Translations under genes and position numbers: made by a program
Shown here: positions 1-9,999 of the stretch, piece by piece
How positions within the stretch are numbered: position 1 is the first letter of the stretch
Layout: the number at the start of each line of letters is the position of its first letter
Source of the DNA: Terriglobales bacterium
GTDB taxonomy: Bacteria > Acidobacteriota > Terriglobia > Terriglobales > Acidobacteriaceae
Direction of reading: 5' to 3'
Length of the DNA: 62,135 nucleotides
NCBI GenBank assembly: GCA_035632755.1
Contig: DASQGF010000168.1
Span: 1-62,135 of the forward strand
Notes under the pieces: generated by a model
Databases searched by the model: none
What the model was told of the DNA's origin: nothing
The model's input: the letters and a program-made list of their open reading frames with translations, nothing else

Positions 1-1612
1 GGAAATAGGCGAGCACGGCGAGGGCAATGACGGCGAACCCGATCACGCCTACGGTGCGCTTGTGGCCGAGAGCCCAGCCGATTCCTCCCTCGTAGGCCCG
101 GTTCACCGGCTCGATGAAGCGCGTCGATGATTCACGAAAGCGCGATTTCGCCAGCAAGTACTCCGAGAGCAGCGGAATCAGCGTGAGCGCATAGATAAGT
201 GAGAGCAACACGGACGCCGCGAGCGTCTGGGAAAGCGCCTTGAAGAAATCGCCAACCACGCCCCGCAGCAATCCCAGCGGCAGGAATACGACCACGGTGG
301 TGAGCGTCGAACCAACAACGGGGCCGATCAACTCGCCGGTTCCCTTTTCCACCGCCGCCGCCACCGGCTCGCCCGCGCCGAGATGGCGGTAAATGTTCTC
401 GACGATAACAACCGCGTCGTCGATCACCAGGCCGATCGCGATCGCCAGCCCGCCCAGCGACATCAGGTTCAGAGTGCCGCCAAAAATCTTGACGAAAAAG
501 AACGTGGCAATCGCCGTCAGCGGAAGTGTGGTGGCAGCCACCAGCGTGATCCGGCCGTTCCGCAGGAACACATAAAGAATGACGACCGCAAGAAAACTGC
601 CGATGAGGATCGCGTCGCGCACGCTGCCCATGGCCTCCTGCACGAACTCGGCAAGGTCGTAGACGATGGACAGGTGCAGCGTCGAGGGGATCAGGTTCTT
701 GGCATTGAAGGCCACGTCCTTCACCTGCCTGGCGACAGCATTGATGTTCCCGCCGATCTGGCGGGTGACGTTGATAACCGCCGCTGGCCGCCCATTGCCG
801 GTCACGATGGTGCGGCGGTCAGCAACCCCTTCCCTGATGATTGCGATGTCACGCAGCCGCACCGGGTCCTGCGGGTCGGGGCTGACCACCGTGTTGCCTA
901 CGTCATCCACCGACTTGAATTGCGAGTTGGTCAGCAGCAGGAACTGTTGATAGTCCTTGTCGAGACGCCCAACGCTGGTGACGCCATTCGTAGCTTTCAG
1001 ACGGTCGGATATCTCGGGCAGGCTGATGTGGTGGGCGAGGGCCTTCTGCGGGTCAAGGATCACCGACACCTCGCGCGTGTCGGTGGCATCCACTTCCACC
1101 CGGGCCACACCGGGAACGCGGCTGAAAGCGGGGCGGAGGTTGTAAACGGCGTAGTCGCGAAGGTCCGCGTCCGGAACGTTGCCATTCAGCACCAGGCTGA
1201 GCATCGGCCAGACCGTGGGCGTCAGGCGCTCAACCTGGATTTCCGTATCGGCGGGGAGGGACGGGCGCGCTTCATTGACCGTTCCCTGTACAAGTTGCAG
1301 GGCCTGCTGCATGTCCATGGTGTCGCTGAAGAAGACGGAAATCTCCGCACCCCCGCGAATGGTCCGCGAGCGCACCCGCCGCACGCCGAGCACGGTGCTG
1401 ACCTGCACTTCGATTGGCCGAGTGACGGTGAGCAGCATGGTATCGGGCGCCAGATCGCCGGCATGGACAAGCACTACGATGCGGGGAAAGTTCAGCTCCG
1501 GATAGATATTGCTGGGCAGCTTAAATAACGAAACCAGCCCGGCGACGGTGAGCGCCCCGACAAGGAGGAAGACTGCCCGGCTGTTGCGCCGACAGAAGCG
1601 CACGAGGTTCAT
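1..1612 (-). CDS. RND family efflux permease (AcrB/CzcA-like), N-terminal ~537 codons; gene continues beyond the left edge
   Basis: Absent from the ORF track because it has no stop in the window. My minus-strand translation from ATG 1612 reads MNLVRFCRRNSRAVFLLVGALTVAGLVSLFKLPSNIYPELNFPRIVV...GGLAIAIGLVIDDAVVIVENIYRH, a typical RND N-terminus and TM4 region. Its ATG overlaps the TGA of the upstream MFP gene (ATGA at 1609-1612). Confidence 0.9.
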   Translation of the reverse strand, partial: MNLVRFCRRNSRAVFLLVGALTVAGLVSLFKLPSNIYPELNFPRIVVLVHAGDLAPDTMLLTVTRPIEVQVSTVLGVRRVRSRTIRGGAEISVFFSDTMDMQQALQLVQGTVNEARPSLPADTEIQVERLTPTVWPMLSLVLNGNVPDADLRDYAVYNLRPAFSRVPGVARVEVDATDTREVSVILDPQKALAHHISLPEISDRLKATNGVTSVGRLDKDYQQFLLLTNSQFKSVDDVGNTVVSPDPQDPVRLRDIAIIREGVADRRTIVTGNGRPAAVINVTRQIGGNINAVARQVKDVAFNAKNLIPSTLHLSIVYDLAEFVQEAMGSVRDAILIGSFLAVVILYVFLRNGRITLVAATTLPLTAIATFFFVKIFGGTLNLMSLGGLAIAIGLVIDDAVVIVENIYRHLGAGEPVAAAVEKGTGELIGPVVGSTLTTVVVFLPLGLLRGVVGDFFKALSQTLAASVLLSLIYALTLIPLLSEYLLAKSRFRESSTRFIEPVNRAYEGGIGWALGHKRTVGVIGFAVIALAVLAYF

Positions 1613-2721
1613 TGCTTCACTCGCACTGTGGACTTCTCGGGCAAGCCGTAGCCACCGCTGAGGATGACGACTTCGCCCGCTTGCACGCCGTCCAGCACTT
1701 CGACCTTGTCATTCGACTGCGCGCCCAGCTTCACCGGGACCGCCTCGGCCTGGTCACCCGTCACCCGGTACACATGGGGTTCGCCGCTTTCGCCAGGATA
1801 AATCGCCTGCCGCGGCAGAAGCAGCCTGTCTGCGGCTGCCTTGAGCGGGAGGTTCACGCTGAGGAACATGCCGAGCTTCAGCAGATGCTGCGGATTGTCG
1901 ATGCGGATGCGAACCGCGCCATTGTTGGTCGCGGGATCCACGGCAGGAAGCACCGCCACCACGCGGGCGGAGAATTTGGCGCCGGGCACATTCGGCGTCT
2001 CAAACGCAAACGAGTCGTTGGTGCGAATCTGGTTCAAGCGCGAACCCGGCACGCTGGCCAGCAGTTCGAGGACGTCGATGTTGGCGACCTCCACCACCGG
2101 CTGGGCGCCGTTCCCGTCCACTTGGTCGCCGACTCCCAGGAATCGTCGCACCACAGTTCCTGCGAATGGCGCACGGAGCGTCGCCCTTCCCAATTGGGCA
2201 CGAGCTGCCGACAGGGCGGCTTCGGATTGGTTCAGGGTCGCCTGGCTGACAGCTAATTGCGTCCTGGAATCCTCGACTTCCTTGCGTGAGGCGATACCGC
2301 GCTCCAGCAAGCGCTGGTTCCGCTCTGCCGCCAGGCGCGCATTTTCCAGGTTGGCGCGGGCCTGGGCGACGGCCGCCTCGGCCTGGCGCGCCTGGTCACG
2401 CAGCGGCCCGCTCTCGAGTTGCACCAAGTCCTGCCCGGGTGAAACCCGGTCGCCTTCAGTGACAAAAACGCGTTCAATGCGTCCGCTGACCAGCGCTGCG
2501 ACCTTGGCGTCCTGATTGGGCAAGGTCACGAGATTGCCGCTTACCAGCAAGTCTTGCGACAGCATCCCCTTTTCAACCCGCGTGACCGTGACTTCAGCTT
2601 CGGCCGTCCCGCCCCTGGGCTCACCCGAGCTCTGCCGGCCGCAACCACACAGGACAGTGATGCTGCACGCCCCTGCAAACAGGGCAAACCAGCGGCAAAA
2701 TGGGCTAATCAAGAGCTTCAC
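1609..2721 (-). CDS. RND efflux periplasmic adaptor (membrane fusion protein, HlyD family)
   Basis: C-terminal 370 aa of ORF 1609..3075. I place the start at GTG 2721 (VKLLISPFCRWFALFAGACSITVLCGC, lipoprotein-like signal) because the region upstream is occupied by the OMP gene. The body shows coiled-coil and beta-barrel MFP sequence (QLESGPLRDQARQAEAAVAQARANLENARL...). The start codon is uncertain (TTG 2712 is an alternative). Confidence 0.85.
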   Translation of the reverse strand: MKLLISPFCRWFALFAGACSITVLCGCGRQSSGEPRGGTAEAEVTVTRVEKGMLSQDLLVSGNLVTLPNQDAKVAALVSGRIERVFVTEGDRVSPGQDLVQLESGPLRDQARQAEAAVAQARANLENARLAAERNQRLLERGIASRKEVEDSRTQLAVSQATLNQSEAALSAARAQLGRATLRAPFAGTVVRRFLGVGDQVDGNGAQPVVEVANIDVLELLASVPGSRLNQIRTNDSFAFETPNVPGAKFSARVVAVLPAVDPATNNGAVRIRIDNPQHLLKLGMFLSVNLPLKAAADRLLLPRQAIYPGESGEPHVYRVTGDQAEAVPVKLGAQSNDKVEVLDGVQAGEVVILSGGYGLPEKSTVRVKQ

Positions 2722-3919
2722 CAGCGACCTCCTCCAAAGCCGCAAACGCGCTCTGTGCAGCGAACAGGCTGTCGAGATATGCCTTGCGCGTGTCCGACAG
2801 CTTGCGTTGCGCATCGATGACCACCAGCAGGTTGCTCTTGCCTTCGCGGTAGCTCTCGGCCGCCATCCCTTCCAGCCGGACGGTCTGTGGGACGATGATC
2901 TCTGAGTATTGCTGGGACTGCGCCAGCTTCGCCCTGTAATCGAAGAACGCCGCTGCGACCCTTGCCGATGCTGTCGTGCGTTGAGCATCGAGCGACAAGC
3001 GCAGGAATTCGAGCCTCGCGGACGATTGCGATACTTCCCCCTGTCCGTGATAGAAGATCGGCAGTGACATCCCAATCTGTCCGCGTGGTCCGACCTGGAA
3101 GTCTGGCGGCGCGTTCAGGTCAGTTCCTGCTTGAAGGTCAAGGTTTGGGACGCGCTGGGTCTTGGCCAGACCCAGGCGCCGCTGCTCGACCTGCACCTCC
3201 TGCGCGGCGCGCTGCAGCTCGGGATTGGATTGCAGTGCGGTTTGGGTCACGGCCCCCAAGGTCACGGGCTTGGGCAAATCCTCAATGCGGCCGTCCAGAT
3301 CAGGCGCGCGGTCGAGCGGCAGATTCAGCAATACCGCAAGCTGTGCGTCAGCCGATCTCTCGGACGCGCGTGCAAGCTCATAGTCCGCTCTAACGCGCGC
3401 AAGCTCTACGTCCGCTTGGATGACCTCCAACTGGGCAACATCGCCGGCCTGGTAACGCTGCTCGACACTGTCGCGCAGTTGCTGGGCCAGATCGAGCGTG
3501 ATTTTCGCCTGCTGGGTCTGGGCCCGGGTCAACAGCACGCGGAAGAATGCCTCGCGCGTACGGTGCCGGATCTGGCGCCCCAGGATCTGAACTTCGAGCT
3601 CCGTCGTTCGCTGCTCCTGCCGCGCAACGGCGATCCTGGCTCCCCGCTTTCCTCCAAGCTCGATCGGCTGGCTCCACAGAACGCTCTCGTGGGGAGCGTC
3701 GCGCGAGGCCGAAAACGTTATGGTCGGATTCGGAACTTGCCTTGCTGTCTGCAGCCCGGCAAGCGCGATGGCGCGTTGCTGACGCACCGCGCGCAATTCG
3801 AGGTTGTCAGCCTCGGCCCGCTGCAGAGCGCCGCGTAGATCCATGCGACCCTGCGCGAACGCACCTCCTGCAATGGCGAGGATCAGAGCGGCGGCCGTCA
3901 GGGTGCGCAAAGCGAACAT
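2705..3919 (-). CDS. TolC-family outer membrane efflux protein
   Basis: 404 aa with signal peptide MFALRTLTAAALILAIAGGAFAQ. Two-repeat coiled-coil OMP sequence. First gene of an OMP-MFP-RND operon with overlapping junctions. Confidence 0.85.
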   Translation of the reverse strand: MFALRTLTAAALILAIAGGAFAQGRMDLRGALQRAEADNLELRAVRQQRAIALAGLQTARQVPNPTITFSASRDAPHESVLWSQPIELGGKRGARIAVARQEQRTTELEVQILGRQIRHRTREAFFRVLLTRAQTQQAKITLDLAQQLRDSVEQRYQAGDVAQLEVIQADVELARVRADYELARASERSADAQLAVLLNLPLDRAPDLDGRIEDLPKPVTLGAVTQTALQSNPELQRAAQEVQVEQRRLGLAKTQRVPNLDLQAGTDLNAPPDFQVGPRGQIGMSLPIFYHGQGEVSQSSARLEFLRLSLDAQRTTASARVAAAFFDYRAKLAQSQQYSEIIVPQTVRLEGMAAESYREGKSNLLVVIDAQRKLSDTRKAYLDSLFAAQSAFAALEEVAGEALD

Positions 3920-4038
3920 GTTGGAACTAAGAAGCTAACTGAAACGGTGACACTGCGCAAACCTGAGCGAGGCGGCAGCCAGCAGGCGAAATCCCGAGCG
4001 CAGCGAGGGACCTCCCTCACGTTGAGCCAGTTGGGGAA

Positions 4039-4113
4039 TGGTGGGCGCTGTAGGATTCGAACCTACGACTTCCACCGTGTGAAGATGGCACTCTACCGCT
4101 GAGTTAAGCGCCC
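4039..4113 (-). tRNA. tRNA-Val (anticodon CAC), CCA encoded
   Basis: Hand-folded cloverleaf on the minus strand. Acceptor GGGCGCT/AGCGCCC, D arm ACTC..GAGT, anticodon stem CCATC/GGTGG with loop TTCACAC, T arm GTAGGTTCGAATCCTAC, then discriminator A plus CCA. Confidence 0.9.
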
Positions 4114-4432
4114 CAGGGAATTGAGCGGACCTTTTTCTATTCTACAGGCACCTGCGGGTGGTTGGGCAAACTTGGATTCAGGATTTCGACCACCTCATCG
4201 ACCGCTTGCCGATGGTCCTCACTGATGGCATGCGTGGACCCGATGCCTGCGAGCGCCAGGGGACGCAGCCCCCTTTGGACAGGCATGCAGAGCCGGTTGG
4301 GGCTGGCAAACGGCTCTTTACAAACTCTTTATGAACCTTTTATTCGAAGTTTACGCGCGGTGGTATCCAATCGATTAGAGGCTGAGGATACGCGGAAGCA
4401 GGCCAACGAACGCTCAGCCCGCGAGGTCCGCC

Positions 4433-4684
4433 ATGACCGCCACTCTAATGATGGCAGCGTTTTGCGTCGCCGGCGTTCTGTTCATGATCCGGTTCTTGGT
4501 GGCATTGTTCAGGGAAAGCAAGCCGAAGTCGCCCTGCCGCGTCGTTTACCTGCCATCGCGGAACACTCAGACCGAGAACGATGTGCTGGGCCTTATCCCC
4601 GAGGCGGGGAGCGACACGCATGGTCGATCCCGATTCGAAGTCATCGCCGGCGGGGCCGAAACGCCCGCCCGCAGGGTTGGATGA
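4433..4684 (+). CDS. hypothetical small membrane protein (83 aa, one N-terminal TM helix)
   Basis: GAGG motif 6 nt upstream of the ATG. N-terminus MTATLMMAAFCVAGVLFMIRFLVALF is hydrophobic. I recognise no homology. Confidence 0.35.
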   Translation: MTATLMMAAFCVAGVLFMIRFLVALFRESKPKSPCRVVYLPSRNTQTENDVLGLIPEAGSDTHGRSRFEVIAGGAETPARRVG

Positions 4685-4705
4685 CTGGGCCGCTGTGGGG
4701 GTTGA

Positions 4706-4864
4706 ATGCTGACATTGATCTTGCTGATCGCGGCTGGCGCTGTTCTCATCACAGCAGCCGCCTTCGCCATGGTGAACGACTTGTCCCCTGTGGAGCTGGC
4801 CCGCGAAGTGGCGAGGTTTGTCCGTCACAGCCTTCGGTCGCGGGTGCGGCTGCCGAACGGATAA
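4706..4864 (+). CDS. hypothetical 52-aa single-TM peptide
   Basis: My own translation (below the track size cutoff): MLTLILLIAAGAVLITAAAFAMVNDLSPVELAREVARFVRHSLRSRVRLPNG. Only a weak G-rich motif lies upstream. Confidence 0.3.
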   Translation: MLTLILLIAAGAVLITAAAFAMVNDLSPVELAREVARFVRHSLRSRVRLPNG

Positions 4865-4982
4865 GAGTGCGAAGTTGCACGGGAGGGCTTTTATCCCAGA
4901 TTTACCTCGGGCAGTGTCCAATTTAGTGCGACGGGCCGAGTTTGAAGGTGGCGGATCGCGAGTTTACTATCGGAGATCGTTT

Positions 4983-5069
4983 ATGCAAGACATTGTGTTT
5001 GTAGCCATAACGATTGCTTTTTTCGCGGTGTCGATCGCTTATGTTCGCTTTTGCGACCGCTTGAAGTGA
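4983..5069 (+). CDS. 28-aa hydrophobic peptide immediately upstream of kdpF
   Basis: MQDIVFVAITIAFFAVSIAYVRFCDRLK. GGAG lies 7 nt upstream of the ATG. The stop is 10 nt before the kdpF start. Confidence 0.5.
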   Translation: MQDIVFVAITIAFFAVSIAYVRFCDRLK

Positions 5070-5079
5070 GGAATTAAAT

Positions 5080-5169
5080 ATGCATCTGGAATCGATGATC
5101 ATGCTTGCAATCTGCATCCTGATGGCAGGGTACCTAGTGTACGCGTTGTTAAGGCCGGAGGTGTTCTGA
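5080..5169 (+). CDS. kdpF: K+-transporting ATPase subunit F
   Basis: 29 aa, [29 protein letters not shown]. It contains the KdpF hallmark GYLVYAL(L/I). GAGGA lies 7 nt upstream. Position is directly ahead of kdpA. Confidence 0.8.
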   Translation: MHLESMIMLAICILMAGYLVYALLRPEVF

Positions 5170-5321
5170 TGATTGGCCAGGGATTGCCATCGGTGGCTCT
5201 GCTCGGGGCACTCGTGCTGATCTGGATCCTGCTGGCAACGATAAAAGATACACGCCCACGCCGGCACCCAGAGGCAGTTGCCAACGGGCAATACAAGCGC
5301 AGCGAGGAGAAGCTCTCATGA
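5169..5321 (+). CDS. 50-aa single-TM peptide between kdpF and kdpA
   Basis: [55 protein letters not shown] lies 7 nt upstream. Its ATG overlaps the kdpF stop (TGATG) and its TGA overlaps the kdpA ATG (ATGA), so it is translationally coupled on both sides. Confidence 0.5.
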   Translation: MIGQGLPSVALLGALVLIWILLATIKDTRPRRHPEAVANGQYKRSEEKLS

Positions 5322-7114
5322 CGGTCAATGGATGGCTGCAAATCGCAGTCTTTCTCGCGCTGATCTTCGCTATCACGAAGCCGCTGGGCGTCTTCATGAC
5401 GCGCGTGTTCAACCGCGAGAAGACATTCATGGATCCCGTGCTGCGGCCCATTGAGCGGCTGCTCTATCGAGTGACGGGCGTGGATGAGAACCACGAGATG
5501 CGCTGGACCGAGTACGCCGGCTCGATGCTGTTGTTCAGCGCGGTTTCCATGCTCCTGCTGTACTTGATCCAGCGCGTGCAGGGTGTGCTGCCGTTCAATC
5601 CGCAGAAACTTCCCAAGGTGGCGTCCGACCTGGCGTTCAATACGGCCGCGTCGTTTACCACTAACACCAACTGGCAGGCGTACACCCCGGAAACGACCAT
5701 GAGCTACTTCACGCAAATGGCGGGGCTGGCGTATCACAACTTCGTATCGGCAGCGGCCGGCATTGCCATGGCCATCGCCCTGATTCGCGGCATTGCCCGG
5801 CGCGAGAAAGAGACCATCGGTAATTTCTGGGTAGATATGGTGCGCTGCTCCCTATGGGTGCTGGTACCCCTGTGCATCGTCGGTTCCCTGGCGCTGGTTG
5901 CGCTGGGTGTTCCTCAGAATTTGAAGCCCTATGACACGGTGAAGCTGGTCGAACCGCAACAGGTGCCGAAAGTGGACGCGGATGGCAAGCCGGTGATGGG
6001 ACCAGACGGAAAGCAGGTCATGGATACCGTCACCGAGCAGACCATCGCGCAAGGCCCGGTGGCTTCGCAGGAGATCATCAAGGAACTGGGAACCAACGGC
6101 GGCGGCTTCTTCAACGCCAACAGTGCGCATCCTTATGAGAATCCCACGCCTTTCAGCAATCTGTTCGAGATGGTGTGCATTTTCGCGATTGGCTCTGGCC
6201 TCACCTACACCCTCGGCCGCATGACTGGATCGCAGCGTCATGGCTGGGCGGTGTGGGCCGCCATGGCCATCCTCTTCCTGGCGGGGATCACTACCGCATA
6301 TTGGGCGGAAGCTCGCGGGAATCCCCTGCTCGCGGGAGTGGATCAGCACGTGAGCGCGCTGCAGTCCGGCGGCAACATGGAAGGGAAAGAGGTTCGCTTC
6401 GGCATAGCCAACTCCGCTCTATGGGCCACGGTGACCACCGATACCAGTTGTGGCGCCGTGAACAGCATGCATGACTCCTACACCCCGCTCGGCGGCATGG
6501 TGCCGCTGGCCAACATTATGCTCAGTGAGGTGGTATTCGGCGGAGTGGGCTCCGGACTTTATGGGATGATCATTTTTATCATCCTCTCAGTTTTCATCGC
6601 CGGCCTCATGGTGGGCCGAACGCCGGAGTATCTGGGTAAAAAAATCGAGGCCCATGAAGTGAAGATGGCCATGCTGGTGGCGCTGATCTTCCCGCTGGTG
6701 ATTCTGGTGTTCACCTCGATTTCGGTGTTGAAGGGGTTCGGCACTTCCAGTATCGCCAACCCCGGCCCGCACGGGTTTTCCGAGATCCTGTACGCCTACG
6801 CCGAGGGTGCTGGCAACAATGGTTCAGCATTCGCAGGTCTGAACGCCAACACGCTCTGGTACAACACCACCATCGGCTTCACCACTTTGATAGGCCGGTT
6901 CTTGATGGTCATCCCCGCGTTGGCGATCGCCGGCAGCCTGGCGCGCAAGAAGGCGGTTCCGCCTTCGCTGGGCACTTTCCCGGTCACCACGCCACTGTTC
7001 ACCGTGTTGCTGGTTGGTGTGATTCTGATCGTGGGTGCGCTGACCTTCTTCCCGGCGTTGAGCCTGGGGCCGATTCTTGAGCACCTGCTGATGGCGGCAG
7101 GCAAGACGTTCTGA
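5318..7114 (+). CDS. kdpA: K+-transporting ATPase subunit A
   Basis: 598 aa starting [27 protein letters not shown]. Typical KdpA polytopic sequence with TNGGGFF selectivity-filter-like motifs. Confidence 0.95.
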   Translation: MTVNGWLQIAVFLALIFAITKPLGVFMTRVFNREKTFMDPVLRPIERLLYRVTGVDENHEMRWTEYAGSMLLFSAVSMLLLYLIQRVQGVLPFNPQKLPKVASDLAFNTAASFTTNTNWQAYTPETTMSYFTQMAGLAYHNFVSAAAGIAMAIALIRGIARREKETIGNFWVDMVRCSLWVLVPLCIVGSLALVALGVPQNLKPYDTVKLVEPQQVPKVDADGKPVMGPDGKQVMDTVTEQTIAQGPVASQEIIKELGTNGGGFFNANSAHPYENPTPFSNLFEMVCIFAIGSGLTYTLGRMTGSQRHGWAVWAAMAILFLAGITTAYWAEARGNPLLAGVDQHVSALQSGGNMEGKEVRFGIANSALWATVTTDTSCGAVNSMHDSYTPLGGMVPLANIMLSEVVFGGVGSGLYGMIIFIILSVFIAGLMVGRTPEYLGKKIEAHEVKMAMLVALIFPLVILVFTSISVLKGFGTSSIANPGPHGFSEILYAYAEGAGNNGSAFAGLNANTLWYNTTIGFTTLIGRFLMVIPALAIAGSLARKKAVPPSLGTFPVTTPLFTVLLVGVILIVGALTFFPALSLGPILEHLLMAAGKTF

Positions 7115-7121
7115 GGGGCAT

Positions 7122-9146
7122 ATGGCAAAGCAGAAAGCGGTTTGGGAATGGAGGATCGTGCGCCGCGCGATCCTGGATTCCTTCATCAAACTCAACCCGC
7201 GCCACATGATGGGCAATCCCGTCATGTTCGTGGTGGAAATCGGGAGCGTGATCACCACCGTGCTGCTGTTCCGCGGAGGCACGGCGTTCGGGTTCAACCT
7301 GCAGATCACCTTATGGCTGTGGTTCACCGTGCTGTTCGCCAACTTCGCCGAAGCCATGGCCGAAGGGCGCGGCAAGGCACAAGCCGACACGCTGCGCAAA
7401 GCCCGTGCTGAAACCATTGCGCACCGGCTGGTTGGCGATGGCAAGATCGAGCAGGTGCCCAGCTCGAAGCTGCGGGCGGGAGATATGGTTATCGTTTCTG
7501 CCGGCGACTTCATTCCCTCCGACGGCGAGATCACCGAGGGGGTCGCGTCGGTCGACGAGTCGGCGATCACTGGCGAGTCCGCGCCCGTCATCCGCGAAGC
7601 TGGCGGTGACCGCTCGGCCGTGACCGGTGGCACTCGGGTTCTGTCCGACCGCATCAAAGTCAAGATCACTTCCAATCCTGGGGAAACCTTCCTCGACCGC
7701 ATGATCGCCCTGGTCGAAGGCGCCGAGCGTCAGAAGACACCGAATGAGATCGCGCTGAACATTCTGCTGGCCGGCCTGACCATCATCTTCTTGCTGGCGG
7801 TGGTGACCCTGCAGCCGTTCGCGATTTACTCCGGCTCGCCGCAAACCGTGTTTGTGCTGGTGTCGTTGCTGGTCTGCCTGATTCCCACGACCATTGGTGG
7901 ACTGCTCTCGGCCATCGGCATCGCCGGCATGGACCGCCTCATTCAACACAACGTCCTGGCCATGTCCGGCCGTGCGGTGGAAGCTGCCGGCGACGTCAAC
8001 ACCTTGCTGCTGGATAAGACAGGCACGATCACTCTGGGCAACCGGCAGGCATCTCAGTTCATTCCTGGCCCTGGGGTCACGGAAATGGAACTCGCCGATG
8101 CCGCGCAACTGTCTTCCCTTGCAGACGAGACTCCCGAGGGCCGCTCCATCGTCGTGCTGGCCAAAGAGAGATACGGCATTCGCGGCCGCGAACTCGCCTC
8201 CCACCAGGCGGAATTCGTGCCTTTTACGGCCCAGACCCGCATGTCTGGCGTGAACCTGAACGGCTTCGAGATCCGCAAAGGCGCCGCCGATGCCATCGCC
8301 AATTACATCCGCCAGAACGGTGGTGAGCTGCATCAGGAGGTCCAGGCGACAGTGGACCAGATCGCCCGCTCCGGAGGTACGCCGCTGGTGGTGGCGGAGA
8401 AGCGTCGCGGCGCGCTGGGGGTGATCGAGCTCAAAGACATCGTCAAGGGCGGCATGCGCGATCGCTTCGATCAGCTCCGCGCCATGGGAATCCGCACGGT
8501 GATGATCACCGGGGACAATCCTTTGACCGCTGCCGCCATCGCGCGCGAAGCCGGCGTGGATGACTTCCTGGCGCAGGCCACCCCCAAAGAGAAGATGGAC
8601 CTGATCAAGCGCGAGCAGGCCGCCGGCAAGCTGGTGGCGATGACCGGCGATGGCACCAACGACGCTCCCGCCCTGGCTCAGGCCGATGTTGGTGTCGCGA
8701 TGAACACCGGCACCCAGGCGGCCAAGGAAGCCGGCAATATGGTGGACCTGGATTCCAACCCCACCAAGCTGATCGAGGTAGTGGAGATCGGGAAGCAGCT
8801 TCTGATGACTCGCGGTTCGCTGACCACGTTTTCCATCGCCAACGACGTGGCCAAGTACTTCGCCATCATTCCCGCCATGTTCGCCGGTACCTTCCCGGTG
8901 CTGAATGCACTCAACATCATGCGCCTGCAAACGCCGGCATCGGCGATCCTGGCGGCGGTGATCTTCAATGCGCTCATCATCATCGCCCTGATTCCGCTGG
9001 CGCTGCGCGGCGTGAAATACCGCCCCATGGGCGCGGCAGCGCTGCTGCGACGGAATCTTTGGATTTACGGCGTGGGCGGCATCATCGTGCCCTTCATCGG
9101 GATCAAGCTGATCGACATGATGATCACGCGTGTCGGGCTTGCGTAA
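7122..9146 (+). CDS. kdpB: K+-transporting P-type ATPase subunit B
   Basis: 674 aa with the DKTGT phosphorylation motif ([14 protein letters not shown]) and [12 protein letters not shown]. Confidence 0.95.
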   Translation: MAKQKAVWEWRIVRRAILDSFIKLNPRHMMGNPVMFVVEIGSVITTVLLFRGGTAFGFNLQITLWLWFTVLFANFAEAMAEGRGKAQADTLRKARAETIAHRLVGDGKIEQVPSSKLRAGDMVIVSAGDFIPSDGEITEGVASVDESAITGESAPVIREAGGDRSAVTGGTRVLSDRIKVKITSNPGETFLDRMIALVEGAERQKTPNEIALNILLAGLTIIFLLAVVTLQPFAIYSGSPQTVFVLVSLLVCLIPTTIGGLLSAIGIAGMDRLIQHNVLAMSGRAVEAAGDVNTLLLDKTGTITLGNRQASQFIPGPGVTEMELADAAQLSSLADETPEGRSIVVLAKERYGIRGRELASHQAEFVPFTAQTRMSGVNLNGFEIRKGAADAIANYIRQNGGELHQEVQATVDQIARSGGTPLVVAEKRRGALGVIELKDIVKGGMRDRFDQLRAMGIRTVMITGDNPLTAAAIAREAGVDDFLAQATPKEKMDLIKREQAAGKLVAMTGDGTNDAPALAQADVGVAMNTGTQAAKEAGNMVDLDSNPTKLIEVVEIGKQLLMTRGSLTTFSIANDVAKYFAIIPAMFAGTFPVLNALNIMRLQTPASAILAAVIFNALIIIALIPLALRGVKYRPMGAAALLRRNLWIYGVGGIIVPFIGIKLIDMMITRVGLA

Positions 9147-9158
9147 GTGGAGTAGGCA

Positions 9159-9749
9159 ATGAAAAAGAATCTTGTTACTGCGGTATTGATGACCATCGCC
9201 ACCACGGTTCTGCTAGGGATTATTTATCCGCTGGTCGTGACCGGACTGGCCAAGCTGCTTTTTCCCGGCAAAGCTAACGGCCAGCTCATCGAGCGCAACG
9301 GAAAGATCGTCGGCTCGCGCATCATCGGCCAGCCCTTTACCGGCCCGGGGTATTTCTATTCGCGTCCGTCTGCCGCGGGCAACAATGGCTACGACGCTGC
9401 GAATTCCGGCGGCTCGAATCTCGGACCCACCAACCAGAAGCTGATCGACCGTGTGAAGCAGGACGCTGCACGGCTGCAGGCCGAAAATCCGCAGCAGCCC
9501 GTGCCCATCGAGCTTGTAACCACATCCGCCTCCGGGCTTGACCCCCACCTTTCGCCGGCTGCAGCCGATTTCCAAGTTCCCCGGGTCGCGCGCGAACGCG
9601 GACTCAGCGAAGACGAACTCCGTCGTGTGATCGCAGAGCATACGGAGGGCAGGCAGCTCGGCTTTCTGGGCGAGCCCAGAGTCAACGTCCTGGAGCTGAA
9701 CCTCGATCTGGATTCAGCTCATCCTCTCGAAAAAAGAGCCGCGAAGTGA
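9159..9749 (+). CDS. kdpC: K+-transporting ATPase subunit C
   Basis: 196 aa with N-terminal TM helix. Contains conserved KdpC segments (GSNLGPTNQKLIDRV, ASGLDPHLSPAAA). Confidence 0.9.
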   Translation: MKKNLVTAVLMTIATTVLLGIIYPLVVTGLAKLLFPGKANGQLIERNGKIVGSRIIGQPFTGPGYFYSRPSAAGNNGYDAANSGGSNLGPTNQKLIDRVKQDAARLQAENPQQPVPIELVTTSASGLDPHLSPAAADFQVPRVARERGLSEDELRRVIAEHTEGRQLGFLGEPRVNVLELNLDLDSAHPLEKRAAK

Positions 9750-9888
9750 GATAGTAGACCCGTTTCTACAATCCATGGCCGGGGTGCGGGAATTCGCTCT
9801 CGCACTTGGTGTATATGGCGTCCTCGCCTACCTCCTACGAGTCGCGCAACGACCTGGGCGAACTGGACCGACTTCCCCGCACCTGAGG

Positions 9889-9917
9889 TTGTTGTTCTGA
9901 TAACAGAACGGTACAAT
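9889..9917 (+). promoter_or_regulatory. candidate sigma70-type promoter (TTGTTG-17 nt-TACAAT) with a 16-bp palindrome GTTCTGATAACAGAAC in the spacer
   Basis: Read directly: -35 at 9889-9894, -10 at 9912-9917, palindrome at 9894-9909. It lies about 85 nt upstream of the repeat-protein ORF in a locally AT-richer stretch. Confidence 0.35.
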
Positions 9918-9999
9918 TTGCCTCAATTTGGGGGCAAGATTTTCTCGCTTTCGCGATCAGAAGAGAGTCTTGATCAAGTGCCCTTCGGAGGTTATTAGC

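Noticed and set aside
383-1528. 381-aa plus-strand ORF at the left edge
   Set aside because: It lies antisense to a clearly recognisable RND pump N-terminus on the minus strand. Its Arg/Gly/His-rich composition is typical of a GC shadow ORF.
4120-5079. Looked for a c-di-AMP (ydaO/kimA-type) riboswitch or other leader upstream of the kdp operon
   Set aside because: I could not find the conserved ACGGGGA / CCGAAUCC..ACAGCUAACC-type blocks by eye. An Rfam cmscan would settle this; no claim is made.
7311-8930. 539-aa minus-strand ORF inside kdpB. Similar long antisense ORFs: 53414..55162 (+), 57060..58226 (-), 30088..31410 (-), 35652..36557 (-), 21089..22135 (+), 13931..14446 (+), 52124..53311 (+), 41490..42494 (+)
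   Set aside because: Each overlaps a gene with unambiguous family motifs on the other strand and has low-complexity R/G/A/H-rich sequence. These are high-GC frame artefacts.
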